Shown here: one piece after another, positions 29,740 through 44,371 of the stretch
Numbering within the stretch: the first letter of the stretch is position 1
Layout of the letters: the number at the start of each line of letters is the position of its first letter
Notes under the pieces: generated by a model
Database searches by the model: none
The model's input: the letters and a program-made list of their open reading frames with translations, nothing else
What the model was told of the DNA's origin: nothing
Assembly (NCBI RefSeq): GCF_009914755.1
Contig: NC_060930.1
DNA: 64,000 nucleotides
From: the human T2T-CHM13v2.0 reference genome, Homo sapiens
Direction: 5' to 3' (one strand)
Position numbers and translations under genes: made by a program

Positions 29740-32700
29740 TTAATATTTCTTTTTAGTGCTGAATAATATTCCATTAAGTTTATTTGGTTGCTTCCAAGTT
29801 TGGGCAATTATGAATAAAGCTGCTGTAAATATTCTGCACAGGTTTTAATGTGGACATACATTTTTAGCTTATTTGGGCAAATACCAAGCAGCACTACTGC
29901 TGGATTTCATGGTGAGAATATGTTAGTTTTATAAAAAACTAAACTGTGTTGCAAAGTGGCTATACCATTTTGCATTGCCACAATCAATGAATGAGAATTC
30001 TTTGCCCATTTTCTAATTGGGTAATTTTTCTTTTCTATTGTTGCGTTTAAGACTTTCAATCAGTATATTCTAGACACAAGTCCTTATCATTCTGATTGCT
30101 GGGTCTCCTCAAGTTCCCTGGATCTTGTTGCCATAGCTGCATCTCTCTTGGCCACATGGGAGAAGCATCCTGCTGTTTCAAATGCCATGACATGCTGGGT
30201 AGCCTGAGGATTTAGTGATACTTTTCTAGGTTCATCTACAAAGGAGGATACCTACAGGTCTTTCTAATCTATAGCTGTACCTCCATGGAAGGTGAGACAA
30301 ACCATCTCTTATACTGGTATGTGATTTACAATCTTTTCTTTTAGCCCTAAGCTTTGTTTCCTAACTCATTCAGGTTTTTGAGGTTTAATACTCAGAAACC
30401 AGTCTGTAGAATTCAAACTTTTCTCTCAAATTATTGTCTCTGCTATCAAGTTTAAAATCTATTTTAAAATTCAAAAGCAATAATTTGATTTCTTTTTTTT
30501 CTGCCTCCATGATACCTCTGTTTGAGTTTGAAAGGAGGCAGATGCCAGGATGTAATACTGCAAAACTATCATCTTGCTATATAAAATGGTCGTCTAAAAG
30601 CAAGCTGAGACTAAACAGGTACAAGTTGCACAGGTAGTGAAGCTCAGTGAGAGCAAGTGATGCAAGAGTCATTCTGAAGGGTGAAGAGCAACTTTGCTTT
30701 GTATTCCAACTCCATAGTCATGGGTTCTGCAATTGGAAATAGCTTAAACAAAGAGGGGAATACATTTTAAGGATACGGTGATGTCTCATAGAACCCCAGG
30801 ACCAGAAAGCAGTTAGGCCTTGGGAATAAATGGAATCAGGAACTCAAATATAATCACACTCTTCACCTTTTCTGGTTCACGAAATTACTGAAAACTCCCA
30901 TTTTTTGCAGTTCCTAGTGGCATTTAAAGATAATCTGATCTTTCTTTCTAAACTACACTTCCAAAATTCCCAGAAAAGGACAGTTTCCCAAATTGAGTAA
31001 ATGTGGCCAGGGCAAGGGGAATGGAGGAAAGTCCCACTGTAATAACATAGACATTTTCATGGTTACCAGGCAAATGGTGTGGTAGAGATGGGGAAAATTT
31101 AAAAAATCAGTTTGCAAAACAGGTGAATCTGGCAGGTGCTCTGTTTGTTTTTCCTGGCTGCATGTAGTTGAAAGTTCAAACCTCTTAGACCTTCAAAATC
31201 TCCCTTTAATCTGTTTTTCCTACTTTTTCTGTTAACCCTGTATCATTCCCTACACCCTGAATCTAGAAGCACCAAGCTATTTTCTCTTCCTGGAATGCAC
31301 TGTGCTCTTCATGCCTATCAGCCTTTATACAGGTTTCTTCTTAGTTTGGAATGCCATTTTCTCCCTAGTCTGCCTGGTAACTTCTAGTCATCTTTTAGGT
31401 CTAGCTCAGAGTTATATCTGGAAACACTTGACTTTCAAATAAGAGTTTATTGCTCTTTTTGTGTTTCACTTTGTTTGCACTATTCTAGGACTCCTATCAC
31501 ATTGGATTGTAGTTGCCTAATCTGTCTCTTTTCTCTACCACCTTGGACATTTTAGAAGTAAAACTATGCCTTGATCTTATTTGTCTCAATGGTGGCTTGT
31601 CATTGGGTTGTACGTAGCAGAGGTTCAATAAAATTCTCATCAGTTATTATTTTTCTCTTTTTCTCCCCGACCTAAATAATCTCAGTACCCCCAGCTCCCT
31701 AAACTATCAACAAATAGAAAAAAAGCTCTATTCATTTTTATCCTTGTTCTTTACTCTCCTTAGTTTAAACCCAAATTTGACTATGTAAATGTAATTTCAT
31801 TTTGTTACCCCTTCCTTCATTAAAACAAAAATACCCTTCATGCACATGCAAAACACTCTACCCCACACTATTAAAACAGCAGAAATGAACACTAACAAAA
31901 GCCAAGATAAAAAATTTCCCCAATGTTGAATTTTTGGACTTAGTGTGGGGGTAGGAAAAATGGAGACATAATTCTGGTTCTCCCTTTGGCAGTTTTCAAT
32001 TGCTGTTTCTTAATCTCAGTCAGAAAACACATTTCTCTGCCTCTCCTTTTGCCCCATTTCTACCCTCTCCTCCCTTGCCCCTGTGCAAAACCAAAGATGG
32101 GTTAAGAGGCAAGGCATAATGGAAGAGGAATGTTCTTTTCCTCCACTCCCACTTTCTTCTTCAAATTCTGTTTTGGGACCATCCTTCCCCACCCTCCCAT
32201 TTTCATCTGATGGACACACTGTCTCTGTTGTCTCTTGTCATATTTGATTTTATGATATTTCATGTTTTATGTGCTTTTTTTTTTTTTTAGTAAATTCATG
32301 GACAGAGAATGTATCCTGGTAAACACTTAGATTAAAACAAATTTACATAGTTGATTACTATAAATGAAAATTAGTGACTCAAATTCTCCAGGTTTCTAAG
32401 CTACTTAGACTAAGCCAATCAGGTAATTTTTGCTACTTCTGGGCAAAATGTATCTGAATTCCTATTCAGTGGATTTGCAGGATGAAATCTAAGTTTACCT
32501 CTTTCATCTCTCATTTAAATGTGGAAAAACGAAATCAATAAAAATCTATATATGCTTATTAAGCATTTTAAGGAGGGTGTGAATAAGGAGTGAAAGCTTT
32601 GAGCAGTGACTACAGCAGTTTTTCGAAAGTCAAAACAATAACCAATGCCAATCAGTAGCTCTCTTCACCTCTCACACAATAATAGAGACAGGACAGGATA

Positions 32701-32799
32701 AAAAAGGGTTACATTTAAAAAAAAGTATGGATGTTAAACCATTGGAAATGGCACTGTAAATGACACCGGAAAAGATCGCCTCCAGGCACTGTGTGGAAC

Positions 32800-33406
<607 letters not shown>

Positions 33407-33697
33407 TAACTTCCTGACTCTCTGGAACCTCCTTGCCTCAGGGTCTAACTGTGGTTCACTTCTTGCTCTATTTTTGTGACTGTTCAGCCCTCGAGACGCA
33501 GTCCCCCCTCCCCCGCAACTTTGAGATGGGTGAGAGGGCATACTGCCACCTGGAAGAGCCTGAGGGTGGAGGGGTGGTGCCCAGGGAACGCCTCCCTTTT
33601 CTCTGTCCTCCGTCCTTGCTTTCTCAACCCAGGCCTTAGGTGTTGTTCCAGCCTGGCCAGGACTGGGCCACTAGCTTAGGTAGAGGCATTTAAAAGA

Positions 33698-33995
33698 TAT
33701 ATATATATGTTTATATATATATATTTTAAATGTATATTATATATATTATATATAAAATATATATATGTATATAAAATCAATTCAGTTACTCAGTCCCTTG
33801 GTTTCTTCTTACATACAGAAATTGTGTGTATGTGTGTGTGTGTGTGTGTGTGTATATATCCACACACATATATATATGTGTGGATATATATACGCGCATA
33901 TATATGCATATATATGTGCGCATATATATATATATGCATATATATATATATATGCACACATATATATGCATATATATATGCATATATGTATATAT
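33698..33995. repeat. Complex (TA)n/(TG)n/(TATGCA)n microsatellite with an embedded templated insert
   Basis: Direct reading. Confidence 0.93.
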
Positions 33996-34990
33996 GTCCC
34001 TTGGTTTCTTCTTACCTACAGAATTCTGAGTAATTGAACTGATTTTCCCAAGGTCACAGAACAGGTCCTTCCTAGAGATGTGAAAGAATTCAGACTTTCT
34101 ACTTGAGCTTAGTACTGAGCTTGTCCTGGGCTATGCTGCCACTTAGCCAAGGAGGTGAAGGGGATGAGAGGAGGAAGCCATAGGAAGGGCATGTAGCAAA
34201 CTCCTCATAGTATGACTGTTGCATGATTTTTACCATTTCTGCAAGTTTCATGTAATGTCTCTCATCAGAATATCAGATCCAGTGTCTCTCTTCAGAATAT
34301 CAGGAAACTGTAGGGAAACATGTATTGCTTCCTTGTCTAATAACTTCTCATGTGCATGCTAGAGCTGACATTTTTGGAAGTGTGTCTTGTGGATAAGAAT
34401 GAACAGTTATTGAGTGCTTACCAGGGTCAGGTGCTGTGTGTATGTTTCATCATCTCATTTAAGGGTTAGGACAACCTTAAAAGGTTAGTAAAGTTTTTAT
34501 TCCCATTTTGCAGTTAGGTTAATGGAGTCTTGAGACAGTTTGACCAAGATTACACAGGTAAGTTAGTGGTAGCTCCAAAGCTCCAGCTTTGGAATCTAAT
34601 TGATCAGATTCCAGAGCTTCCATTCTAAACAATGTACTAAGATGCGTGTAGATATAATTTACTTGGAGGGCGTCCCAGTATTGTGAAACAGTAGGTACCA
34701 TAAAGGTTAATAGTAGGTGTTTTTTTTTTTTTTTCCACCACCAAGATGAGCCCTCAATTCTGTCTTCAAAGCAAATTCTGTCTTCAAAGCAAAGAAATTT
34801 TGGTCTAATACTTGAGAAATAGTCCAACTTTCCATAGTTGTAAACTTACTAAAATCTAAGTAAAATGATATCATGTTATCATGATATATATCATGATATA
34901 TATAAACTTGTTCTTATTTTAAAAATAATACAAACATATTAACAGATAATTTGGATAATGGATAAAAAGTAAAAAAAAAAAAAAAAAATC

Positions 34991-35410
<420 letters not shown>

Positions 35411-35499
35411 TTAGTCGGAAGAATTATCCTACAATTCACTGGAGTTTTTATAACCTTCTTGAGAATTTAGAAGAACTGTTCCATGGAGTAGAGATGCTA

Positions 35500-35740
35500 C
35501 AAGTCTTTTACAAGTTAAATTCTTGACCCCGGAATCAGATTGTCCTAAGTTTGATCTTGCCTTGGCTGTCTATAACTTTGGAGTTACTACTTATCCTCTG
35601 TAAGCCTCAGTTTCTTTATATGTAAGGGGTTAATAATAATACCTACTTCAGAAGGTTGTTGTGAGGGCTACATAAAACAATGTCTATAATATACTTAACA
35701 CTGTTTGACAACTGAGAATCAAGCATTCAGTCAATAAGTG
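35500..35740 (+). mobile_element. MIR SINE remnant
   Basis: CTCTGTAAGCCTCAGTTTCTTTATATGTAAGGGGTTAATAATAATACCTACTTCAGAAGGTTGTTGTGAGG. Confidence 0.75.
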
Positions 35741-36539
35741 GAACCTTTAAATAATTACCATTATGTTTTTGTTGTTAAAATTTTGCAATTTTGTAAATAA
35801 TGCAGATACAAGCATTTCATGCATATGGGTTTTATGTATCTGAGATTATTTCTTTAGGATAGAGTCCTGAATACTTTAATGGATTTTAAGTGCATAGTTC
35901 AAATTTATACCCATTTATACCCCATAATATGTATAATAGTGTGAGTATTGGATATTAATGCTAAAATTAGGTGTGTTCATGTACACTCTTGGATATTTTG
36001 TGCTAACTGTACTTTGTTTTAATTTTTGTTTCATTTCTGTTGAGGAATATTTTCCCATGTTTTTGTTAAATTGATTTATTTTTACTTAAGAATTGAATAT
36101 TAGATGTATTTACATATTTTTAAAAGTATACTCAGTATTTTTCCTATCAATACTATCTACCATTATTGCATAGCTGCTCTTTTCCAGGTGTTGTGTTAGA
36201 CATCAGTTTATAATCCTCACAGTAACCTTGTGAACTAGACAATATTATGCTCATTTTAAAGATGAGAAAATTGAGGCTCAGAAATGTTAGTACTTACCCA
36301 AGTCTGGTAAGTAGCAGAGCCAGAGTTTGAATCCTGATGTGTCTTACTCCAAAGCCTCCCACACTACTTATATACTAAGATTTTGTCTGTTAAAAAATAT
36401 TGAAGAACATACTAACTTTCTGCTTTTCACATGTCCTGCAAATACTTTTCACTCTTTTATTTTGGTTGTTTTGACATATAAAAGGTACTGCTTAAAAGGA
36501 GGTAGTCAGATTAGACTCTGAGTTGGTGACACTTATGCT

Positions 36540-39500
36540 GCTTTATGCTGGCATGTTTGCTCCCTTTATTACACTGTGTTGTTCTCTGAGAACAGTTCAT
36601 CCTGGCTTCTCCATGCCCCTGATTCTTGGGCATTGTATGGATGTGAGTTTGTTTATTCAGTCATTCTCTGCATTTTTATTTTCTCCTGGATGCCATACTC
36701 TCTGCTAGCTGCTAAGGATGTGATCATGGACCTGTCGGAGGGTAATCTGAACCTTCGTTTTGGACACTTGGTATCCCCTATCTGCCAGGAAATTCAAACT
36801 TTTTGTAGTTTTTTCATCCAGGATTTGGCTATACACAAGGAGGTCATCCATATACTGGAGTATACTCCCATTTCTTAATTAATTGCAGACCCCTCAGATT
36901 CCTCTCTAAGGCCCAGGCAAAGCAATGGGGGCTATCCTGAAAACCCTGAGGGAGAACTGTCCAAGTGTATTATTGTTTTTCTCTGGCATTAGGATTTTCC
37001 CATTCAAAGGCAAAAAGGTATTGGGATTCTGGGGCCAGAGGAATGGAAAATGAAGCATCTTCTAGGTCTAGGACTGAGAACCATTTAGCATCCCTTGGCA
37101 CCTGAGCCAGGAGGGTATATGGATCTGCCACCAATGGGTGGACCTACCAGTGGGTCTTAAGAGCCCAGGGGTAAGTAATACCTTAGCTGTGGATGCTTGG
37201 CCTTTCCTTGCTTCCAGCTTAATTGGGTATTGTTTTTGATTGGGAAAATAAATAGCTAGGGGTCTTTAAGCTGTATTTTGGCTGGCACTGCTGTTTTAGC
37301 CTTCCTTGGTTTTCCAGTATACCATGCCAGTGTGTTAACCTGTTTATTAATGTGGTCTGGGACAGTGTCTGTATTTTTGACTATTAGCAATTTCACCAGA
37401 TGATGCTTAAATTGTAGTAGTGCCCCTATTTTAACCATAATATCTCTTTTTAACAGGGGGCCTGGGCAGCTTGATACTACTAGAAATTACTGTTGGAAGA
37501 TTTGTTTCTCAATTTGACAAATCAAAGGAGGAATAAAGGATCTTACTTGTGGCTTTCCTTCCATTCCCATAATGGTCGTGGACTGGGAGGAAAGTTTTCC
37601 TACATAAGTAGTAAGGAAAGAAACTGAATTTGTATTGAAAAGAAACTGAATTTGGGTGCCCATGACGTCCAGAGTTACCTGGGGGCTCCTCAGTAGTAAT
37701 TACGATGTTCCTGAACAGGGGCAGTGAGGAAGACCCTGGGTCGCTTCAGTCTTCATCTAATTTCTCTTTTGCACTGCTAGAGTTTTGCCTTATTGAACCC
37801 CTTGGTGGGAGCAGGGCCAGTCAATCTTCCAGTGCCAGGGGTTGTAACTGATGCTCTCGCATTTTTGGCAGGGGACTGGCAGGGGCTTAATATAGTCCTT
37901 TATCCAATTCTCGTTTTTCTTGCATTTGAAGCAAGAGTCTTTGTTGTGCAGATTATCAGAGGCAAGCCAAATCAACCAAATTCCAAGTGGCTGGTGTGCT
38001 CCATCAATTCCTGCAGGCCTGAAATAGGTAGCCTAGGAATTCCAAATAAATAGAACACATGATGACTTGTTGGAAATTCGCAGGAAACAAAATAACTATT
38101 CTCAGAACCAAATAAAAGCCTTCCACTAGAAACTAAAAAATGTCTATGGTTTTATATATATGCATACACAAGTAAAACCCAAAGGAGAACAAATAGCAAA
38201 CAAATGAAAATTAGAAGCAAAAACAAATAGACAGGAAACCATCTCTAAATTTTTCCTACTTAGTCTACCCGGGGGGCTACAGTGTTACCCAGAGCCCCCC
38301 AGAAAACCACATAATGAATATTTTATTCCTGATACACAACTCAATATCCTTAATTCCACCAGTATCACCATACATACTGTGCAATGAAGAAATTCACTCT
38401 AGGCACATGACCAGTAAGTACTCCAGTGCCAGCTTGTTTAGTAAAGTTATACTTAAGTCATGTGAACTTGAAAATTGCTTAGACTTATTTACTTAATTTA
38501 TGAGCGCTCCTTTAATTATAAGCCAATCTGATAGACACAACATATAACAGTAAGTGTACATACAAATAAACACATCTAGACATGTATACACAAACACAAA
38601 TGAAGATCCAATAGCTTTTTACCTTGGAACTCTAGCCATGAGATAGCAATATAAGTCCACTGGTTTTACTGTTTGACCCAATGGGTAATCCAGTGAAGGC
38701 TGTGAACCAAAATTTCAGGTCAAGCAGTTTCCATGGTAGTTTGATTTTTAAAGGCCAAACCTCCCCAGACTCCAAACACTGGGGCCAAACAGCACCAAAG
38801 GAGAACACCACATGCTAACCAGGCCAACCCTACTTAGAACAGCAGCACAAAAGCCTGGATACATGCACCTCCATCCCACCTTCCCATTCAACAGCAAACT
38901 CCAGAATTCCAAGCAATACTGGGCCAAACAGTATTGCAAAAGAATATCAAGTTTACTGAATCCTTATTTCCCATTACTATATCAAACACACACAAACAAT
39001 GACTGCAGCACAGTCCAACTGCTGCAGCAACAAACAAGCCCCAAGAGTGTCCAGACTGTCCCATTGTCACCTGTGAGAGAAAATTCCAAGGAGGCCTTTG
39101 TGCTAGACCTCAGAACCTCTGCCGAGGGCGTCCCCTTTGGAGAGGTTCAGGTCTGGAGTTGGATTCCCCGGGGTGTTCCCCTTTGGGATCCAATCTTAGA
39201 GTGTCAGACGTCTCTGACCTTAGTTAGGCATGGGTGCTGCTTTGTATGTTTTCCCTCCAGAGGTGATGGCGTACTATGAAATTTGTTTTGTCCCTGGATG
39301 AAAGCCTCAACTTCTAGCATACTTATGATTTGATAAGACCATGCTTTCCCTTGCTTCCCGTTCCACTAGAGTGTTAGCCATGAACTTTAATGATAGGAAC
39401 CGGAGGTGGGTGCATTTCTTTTGTCCTTAGCAAGTCAGATAGAATAGGAGAAAGGTCAAAACTCCTAAGAGACATCATTGTTTGCCATTACTGGTTAACC

Positions 39501-40055
39501 TATAGGATAATTTGGCATAAGAACCCTGTAGGAGAATTTAACATAAGAAAACAAAGTTTAAGTCACCTGAAACGTGTGAATTCACCCTGGATGAGCTGCC
39601 ATGGCCAACTGCAACACACGTAAGGATCATGGACTATAGCTGGAAAAGATAGAAAAGAGTCCTCTCCTTCCCCCTCCTGGTATGGGCAGCTATCCCCCTT
39701 GGCCTTCAGGTAACACTGGAAAGTGGCCCTGGCCAGTTGCCCACAATTATCAGGGAGCTACTAGGAAATGGCCACTGAAAGACTGAAAAAGAAAAAAAGG
39801 AAAGGACTCAGGCCTCTCACCCAAACTGGGCGGTGGTGGTCAGGTGCTTCCACATAGAAAACTCTTGGTTTCACTGGAGTGTGGCCCCGGCCAGAAACCT
39901 GCAGTTGCCTCTGTGCTTAGGCATTGTGCGCTGAAGGGCCCAAGTTGGAAAGGGAAAAGAGAAAAAAGCATTCCCCTGTATGGAGCAGAGAGGAAAACGA
40001 GAAGAAAAATAAATCTCCAATTTTGGGCTTACCTCCTGGCTGGCTTTCCAAAATA
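36540..40055 (-). mobile_element. ERV1 internal remnant (MER51/MER4-group int): PBS, gag/pro/RT fragments; 3' part missing
   Basis: Minus strand: PBS TGGAAAGCCAGCCAGGAG at 40050-40033 (16/18 to tRNA-Arg PBS TGGCGAGCCAGCCAGGAG); protease-like PLLKRDIMVKIG ~37460; RT motifs WTVLPQGFQDSP ~36965-36927 and ILQYMDDLL (YMDD 36854-36843). Confidence 0.85.
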
Positions 40056-40610
40056 CGTTACTGGTGGAGGATGTCCAGGTTCTTGGCATTTTGAACAAAG
40101 AATTGGACAAAAGGCACAAAGAAAACAAGGAAAAAATGAAGCAACAAAAGCCGAGATTTATTGAAAATGAAAAATGCACTCCACAGGGTGGGAGCCGGCT
40201 GGAGCAAGTGGCTGAAGATTGCAGGTTACAGAATTGTCTGGGGTTGGTCACTTTCCGCAACCAATCAGAAGCTGAAGTTACAAATTTACACCCTATGCAA
40301 ATGTCTAATTGGTCATAGAAAGCAACCATTCAGAGGCTGAAGTGAAGTTACAAAGTTATACTCCTATGCAAATGAAGACTTGGCCCATGACTAGCCTGAT
40401 TGGTTGTGGGAGGGGATCAATCAAAGGTACTTCGAATTTTTTCATCTGCCACGCAGAAAAGGGGCAGGAGGGTTGCAAAGGGAGTGGCTTCTGGTCCTTT
40501 TGTTACTTGGGCATGGGAAGTTGGGGTTGGGGTTTTCCTTTTGATTTAGTTCTAGGAAGTCAGCATGAGTTGGCCTTAGGTTCCCTGCCTCCAGACCCTA
40601 TTCTGCCTCA
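40056..40610 (-). mobile_element. MER51-type ERV1 5' LTR
   Basis: Reverse complement starts TGAGGCAGAATAGGGTCTGGAGGCAGGGAACCTAAGGCCAA; repeated CCAAT-like units; AATAAA at 40162-40157; directly abuts the PBS. Confidence 0.85.
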
Positions 40611-40656
40611 AAGGAAAGAAATGGCAAGCTCTGGAATAGAATATAGTAGTGCTAGA

Positions 40657-40958
40657 TTTTTTTTTTTTTTTTAATTAAATACAGGGTCTCACTCTCTTGT
40701 CTAGGCTGGAGTGCAGTGGCTCAATCATGGCTCACTGCAGTCTCTACTTCCCAGGCTCAGGTGATCCTCATACTCAGCCTCCAGGGTAGCTGGGACTACA
40801 GGCATGCACCACCATGCCTGGCTAATTTTTTGTAGTTTTTGTAGAGACAGGGTTTCACCATGTTGCCCAGGCTGGTTTTGAACTCCTGGGCTCAAGCAGT
40901 CCTCTTGCTTTGGCCTCCCGAAGTGCTGGGATAAAAGGCATGAGCCACCACGCCTGGC
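40657..40958 (-). mobile_element. AluJ element inside an L2 remnant
   Basis: Antisense dimer; TSD TAGT(AG/GA)TGCTAGATTT. Confidence 0.92.
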
Positions 40959-41551
40959 TAGTGATGCTAGATTTAAGCTATATTTTGGAAGTAGGATTTG
41001 ATAGGTTGGATGTGAAGGATGAAAAAAAGGAAGACATTGTGAAGATACCTCACTGGTTTGTGGCACGGGAACCTGGGTGGAGGGTAGTGCCGTTTGCTAA
41101 GATGGAAAAGATTAGTTTTGGGAGCCGACACAAGAATTCAGTTTGTGCTTGTTGAAAAGCTCAAGAAACTCAAGTGGAGAACTGATGACTGTTGGATATA
41201 AAAGTCAGGAGTTCAGAGGAGAGGCCTGGCTGGGTTGGAGATAACCATTTGGGAGTCACCAACATATAAAGGGGGTTTTAAAACCACTTAGAGATTGAGT
41301 AGAGGAACTAGCTTAAAGGAAGGGAAGCACCATTGTTTCTTGACAGAAGTTACCAGGTGCCCTGAGATGGGGCAACCCAGGGACTCTAGACCCAGTCTCT
41401 TCAACTTTACAGTTTTGTTCCTGTCACTTTTGTTGTCTTTAGTTGACCCTTCCTCATCCTCTGCCAATACCATTTACTTCCTTTCTTATCATGGATATGT
41501 GATACACACTGGTACCTTACAAAGGCAATTGCCTTTATGGATCTTTCATTT

Positions 41552-41722
41552 CATTTTTTTTAAGAGAAGGGGTCTTGCTATGTTGCCCAGGCTGAAGTGC
41601 AGTGGCTATTCACAGCCACAATCATCATGTAGTACAACCCTGAACTCTCCTGGGCTCAAGTGATCCTCCTGCCTCAGCCTCTTGAGTAGTTGGGACTATC
41701 GTCACGTACTACTGTGCCTGGC
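41552..41722 (-). mobile_element. Fossil Alu monomer (FAM)
   Basis: GTGCAGTGGCTATTCACAG segment diagnostic of FAM/7SL. Confidence 0.78.
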
Positions 41723-41975
41723 CCATTTACATTTTAATACAAAATGTTCTGTCCCTGACATTTGGGTTCTCCCTCAGTCTTATTTTATGAAGTAGATGCT
41801 GGCTAACTCTTAGTAGAGTTTAGAATAAGATAGAGGTACATACCTGGTCAATAGAAAGGGATTCCTGGAGAATAGGGTATCTGGATGGAGGGTAGAGGTT
41901 TTGTTGGGGAAAACAGGTAGTTTCTTAGTATCCTGTTATTTCATGATGTGAATTAGTGCCAGATTGTTTCATTGA

Positions 41976-42306
<331 letters not shown>

Positions 42307-43876
42307 AATGCTGGAGTTTCTAAGGAATATGAGGATGTGCTGTAACACACAGGTCTATATCAATAACTAGGCAGTACAGAGGAAAGCCAGTGCCGAACGT
42401 ATTGGCACAACCTTCACTTTCTGCAAGTAGTCCCTAATTTTCTGTATCATAGCTGTATATTTTTATGTGTTTGGGTCTAAGCTATAAATCCACTCACTGA
42501 CCGTGTGCTCTGCTCTTGGCCTTATTTATTTCTGGAGATTGCTGACATTTGCCCTTTTCCTCAGATGCTCTATCCCTGTGGGAGGCTTCTCTTTCCCTTT
42601 AACACTGCTGCATACTGCATAGTTATTAAAGACCTACCCCATCAGACTGTTGATGCAATAACACCTCTCATTTGCCCCCCTCCTGCAGTTTGTCTTTGAA
42701 TGTGACATTGGTAGGTCTTTTTTCTTAGACATTTCTTTCTCTTTAAGTTGTTGGTTAATATTTTTCTTTTAGTTTCCTTAAACGTTTATTGAAATAGTGT
42801 TTGCATGTGTTCATTCATTCATTCAACAAATATTTATTTAGCACCTATTACATGTCAGGCCCTGTTGTGAGCACTGAAGACACAGCTCTGATCAAAAGCA
42901 TTTAAGGATACCAGTCCTCTTGGAGCTTATGTTCCATTATGGTCTTTACATTCTGCCTATATGTCACCTCATTTTTTCAGCAGTGCTGATGACCTGCATA
43001 TTCATGATTCTTTACTTAGTACAATTTCAATTAAACAACTCAATGCCAGCCACAGAGCCCTGTTTTAACAATAGGCAACCATTAACTTGCATCCTTGATA
43101 TAGAAGAAAGTGTGCTGCTGTATTTTGTTGTTGTTTGTTTTGCTATACCTTTTTATCTTGAAAAAGAATTACCAGTCTGGTTTTAAAATGTAGCAGTCAT
43201 TTATTAGTACTGTGTGATTGCATAATTAGGTAACTGTGCTTAATAAATTTTTAGTGATGTATATAGATTATTTTTTAACAGTCTTACCAGCAGTACAGCT
43301 TTGGTTAGCACATGCTATAAGTAGGTTTATCTTACTATGGCAGACATAAGCATAGTCTATGAATAGTCTTTGATGTAACCTCTAGGAGAATAAATAACTC
43401 TAAGGAAAATATATATTAAAAAAAATTACCTGTGAATAACTTGTGATTTCTTCTTGCCTTGTCCACAAATCATGCTGTAACTTTAAAAAAGAAATGAAAA
43501 GTAAATGCTGCTCCATTAAAATTTGTAATTTAAAACTTAGAAAAGTATCTGGTAGAATAGCAATTAATCCAAAACCCTAAAATTTTGAATCTGTTTGAAA
43601 AACTATTCAGGAGTGAAAGTTTAGGTATTCACATGGAAATAATTACCTTTAAATACCCTTACTGGTAAATTATTTTATACAAGACGAATAGATTCTTTGT
43701 GGTTATCAGACAATAATTGAAATGTTTACTTTGTATGATTTTTATTATTAAAGTCTTTGCTTCCTCCCTACTAATAACTTGCTGAGCATCAGTGCAATAA
43801 GATATCATGTCATTCAGTATTAATCTGAATGTTCAGCAGACTTGAAATAAATAGCAACTTAGATATTTAGACATTT

Positions 43877-44371
43877 TGTTGGGAATAGGCCCCCAAATCT
43901 GGCCATAAACTGGCCCCAAAACTGGCCATAAAGAGAATCTCTGCAGCACTGTGACATGTTCTTGATGACCATGACACCCACGCTGCAAAGTTGTGGGTTT
44001 ACGGGGATGAGGGCAAGGAACACCTGGCCCACCCAGGGCGGAAAACCGCTTAAAGGCATTCTTAAACCACAAACAATAGCATGAGCGATCTGTGCCTTAA
44101 GGACATGCTCCTGCTGCAGATAGCTAGCCCAGCCCATCCCTTTGTTTCCTGTAAGGAATACTTTTAGTTAATCTATAATCTATAGAAACAATGCTTATCA
44201 CTGGCTTGCTGTCAATAAATATGTGGGTAAATCTCTGTTCGAGGCTCTCAGCTCTGAAGGCTGTGAGACCCCTGATTTCCCACTCCACAACTCTATATTT
44301 CTGTGTGTGTGTGTCTTTAATTCCTCTAACACCGCTGGGTTAGTGTCTCCCCAACCAAGCTGGTGTCAGTA
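43877..44371 (+). mobile_element. MER9a solo LTR (HERV-K9/HML-3)
   Basis: TGTTGGGAATAGGCCCCCAAATCTGGCCATAAACTGGCCCCAAAACTGGCCATAA..; AATAAA 44214-19; ACATTT at both ends. Confidence 0.9.

Noticed and set aside
40033-40050. tRNA-Arg 3'-end-like sequence as a tRNA gene
   Set aside because: Only 18 nt, directly next to an LTR: a retroviral primer-binding site
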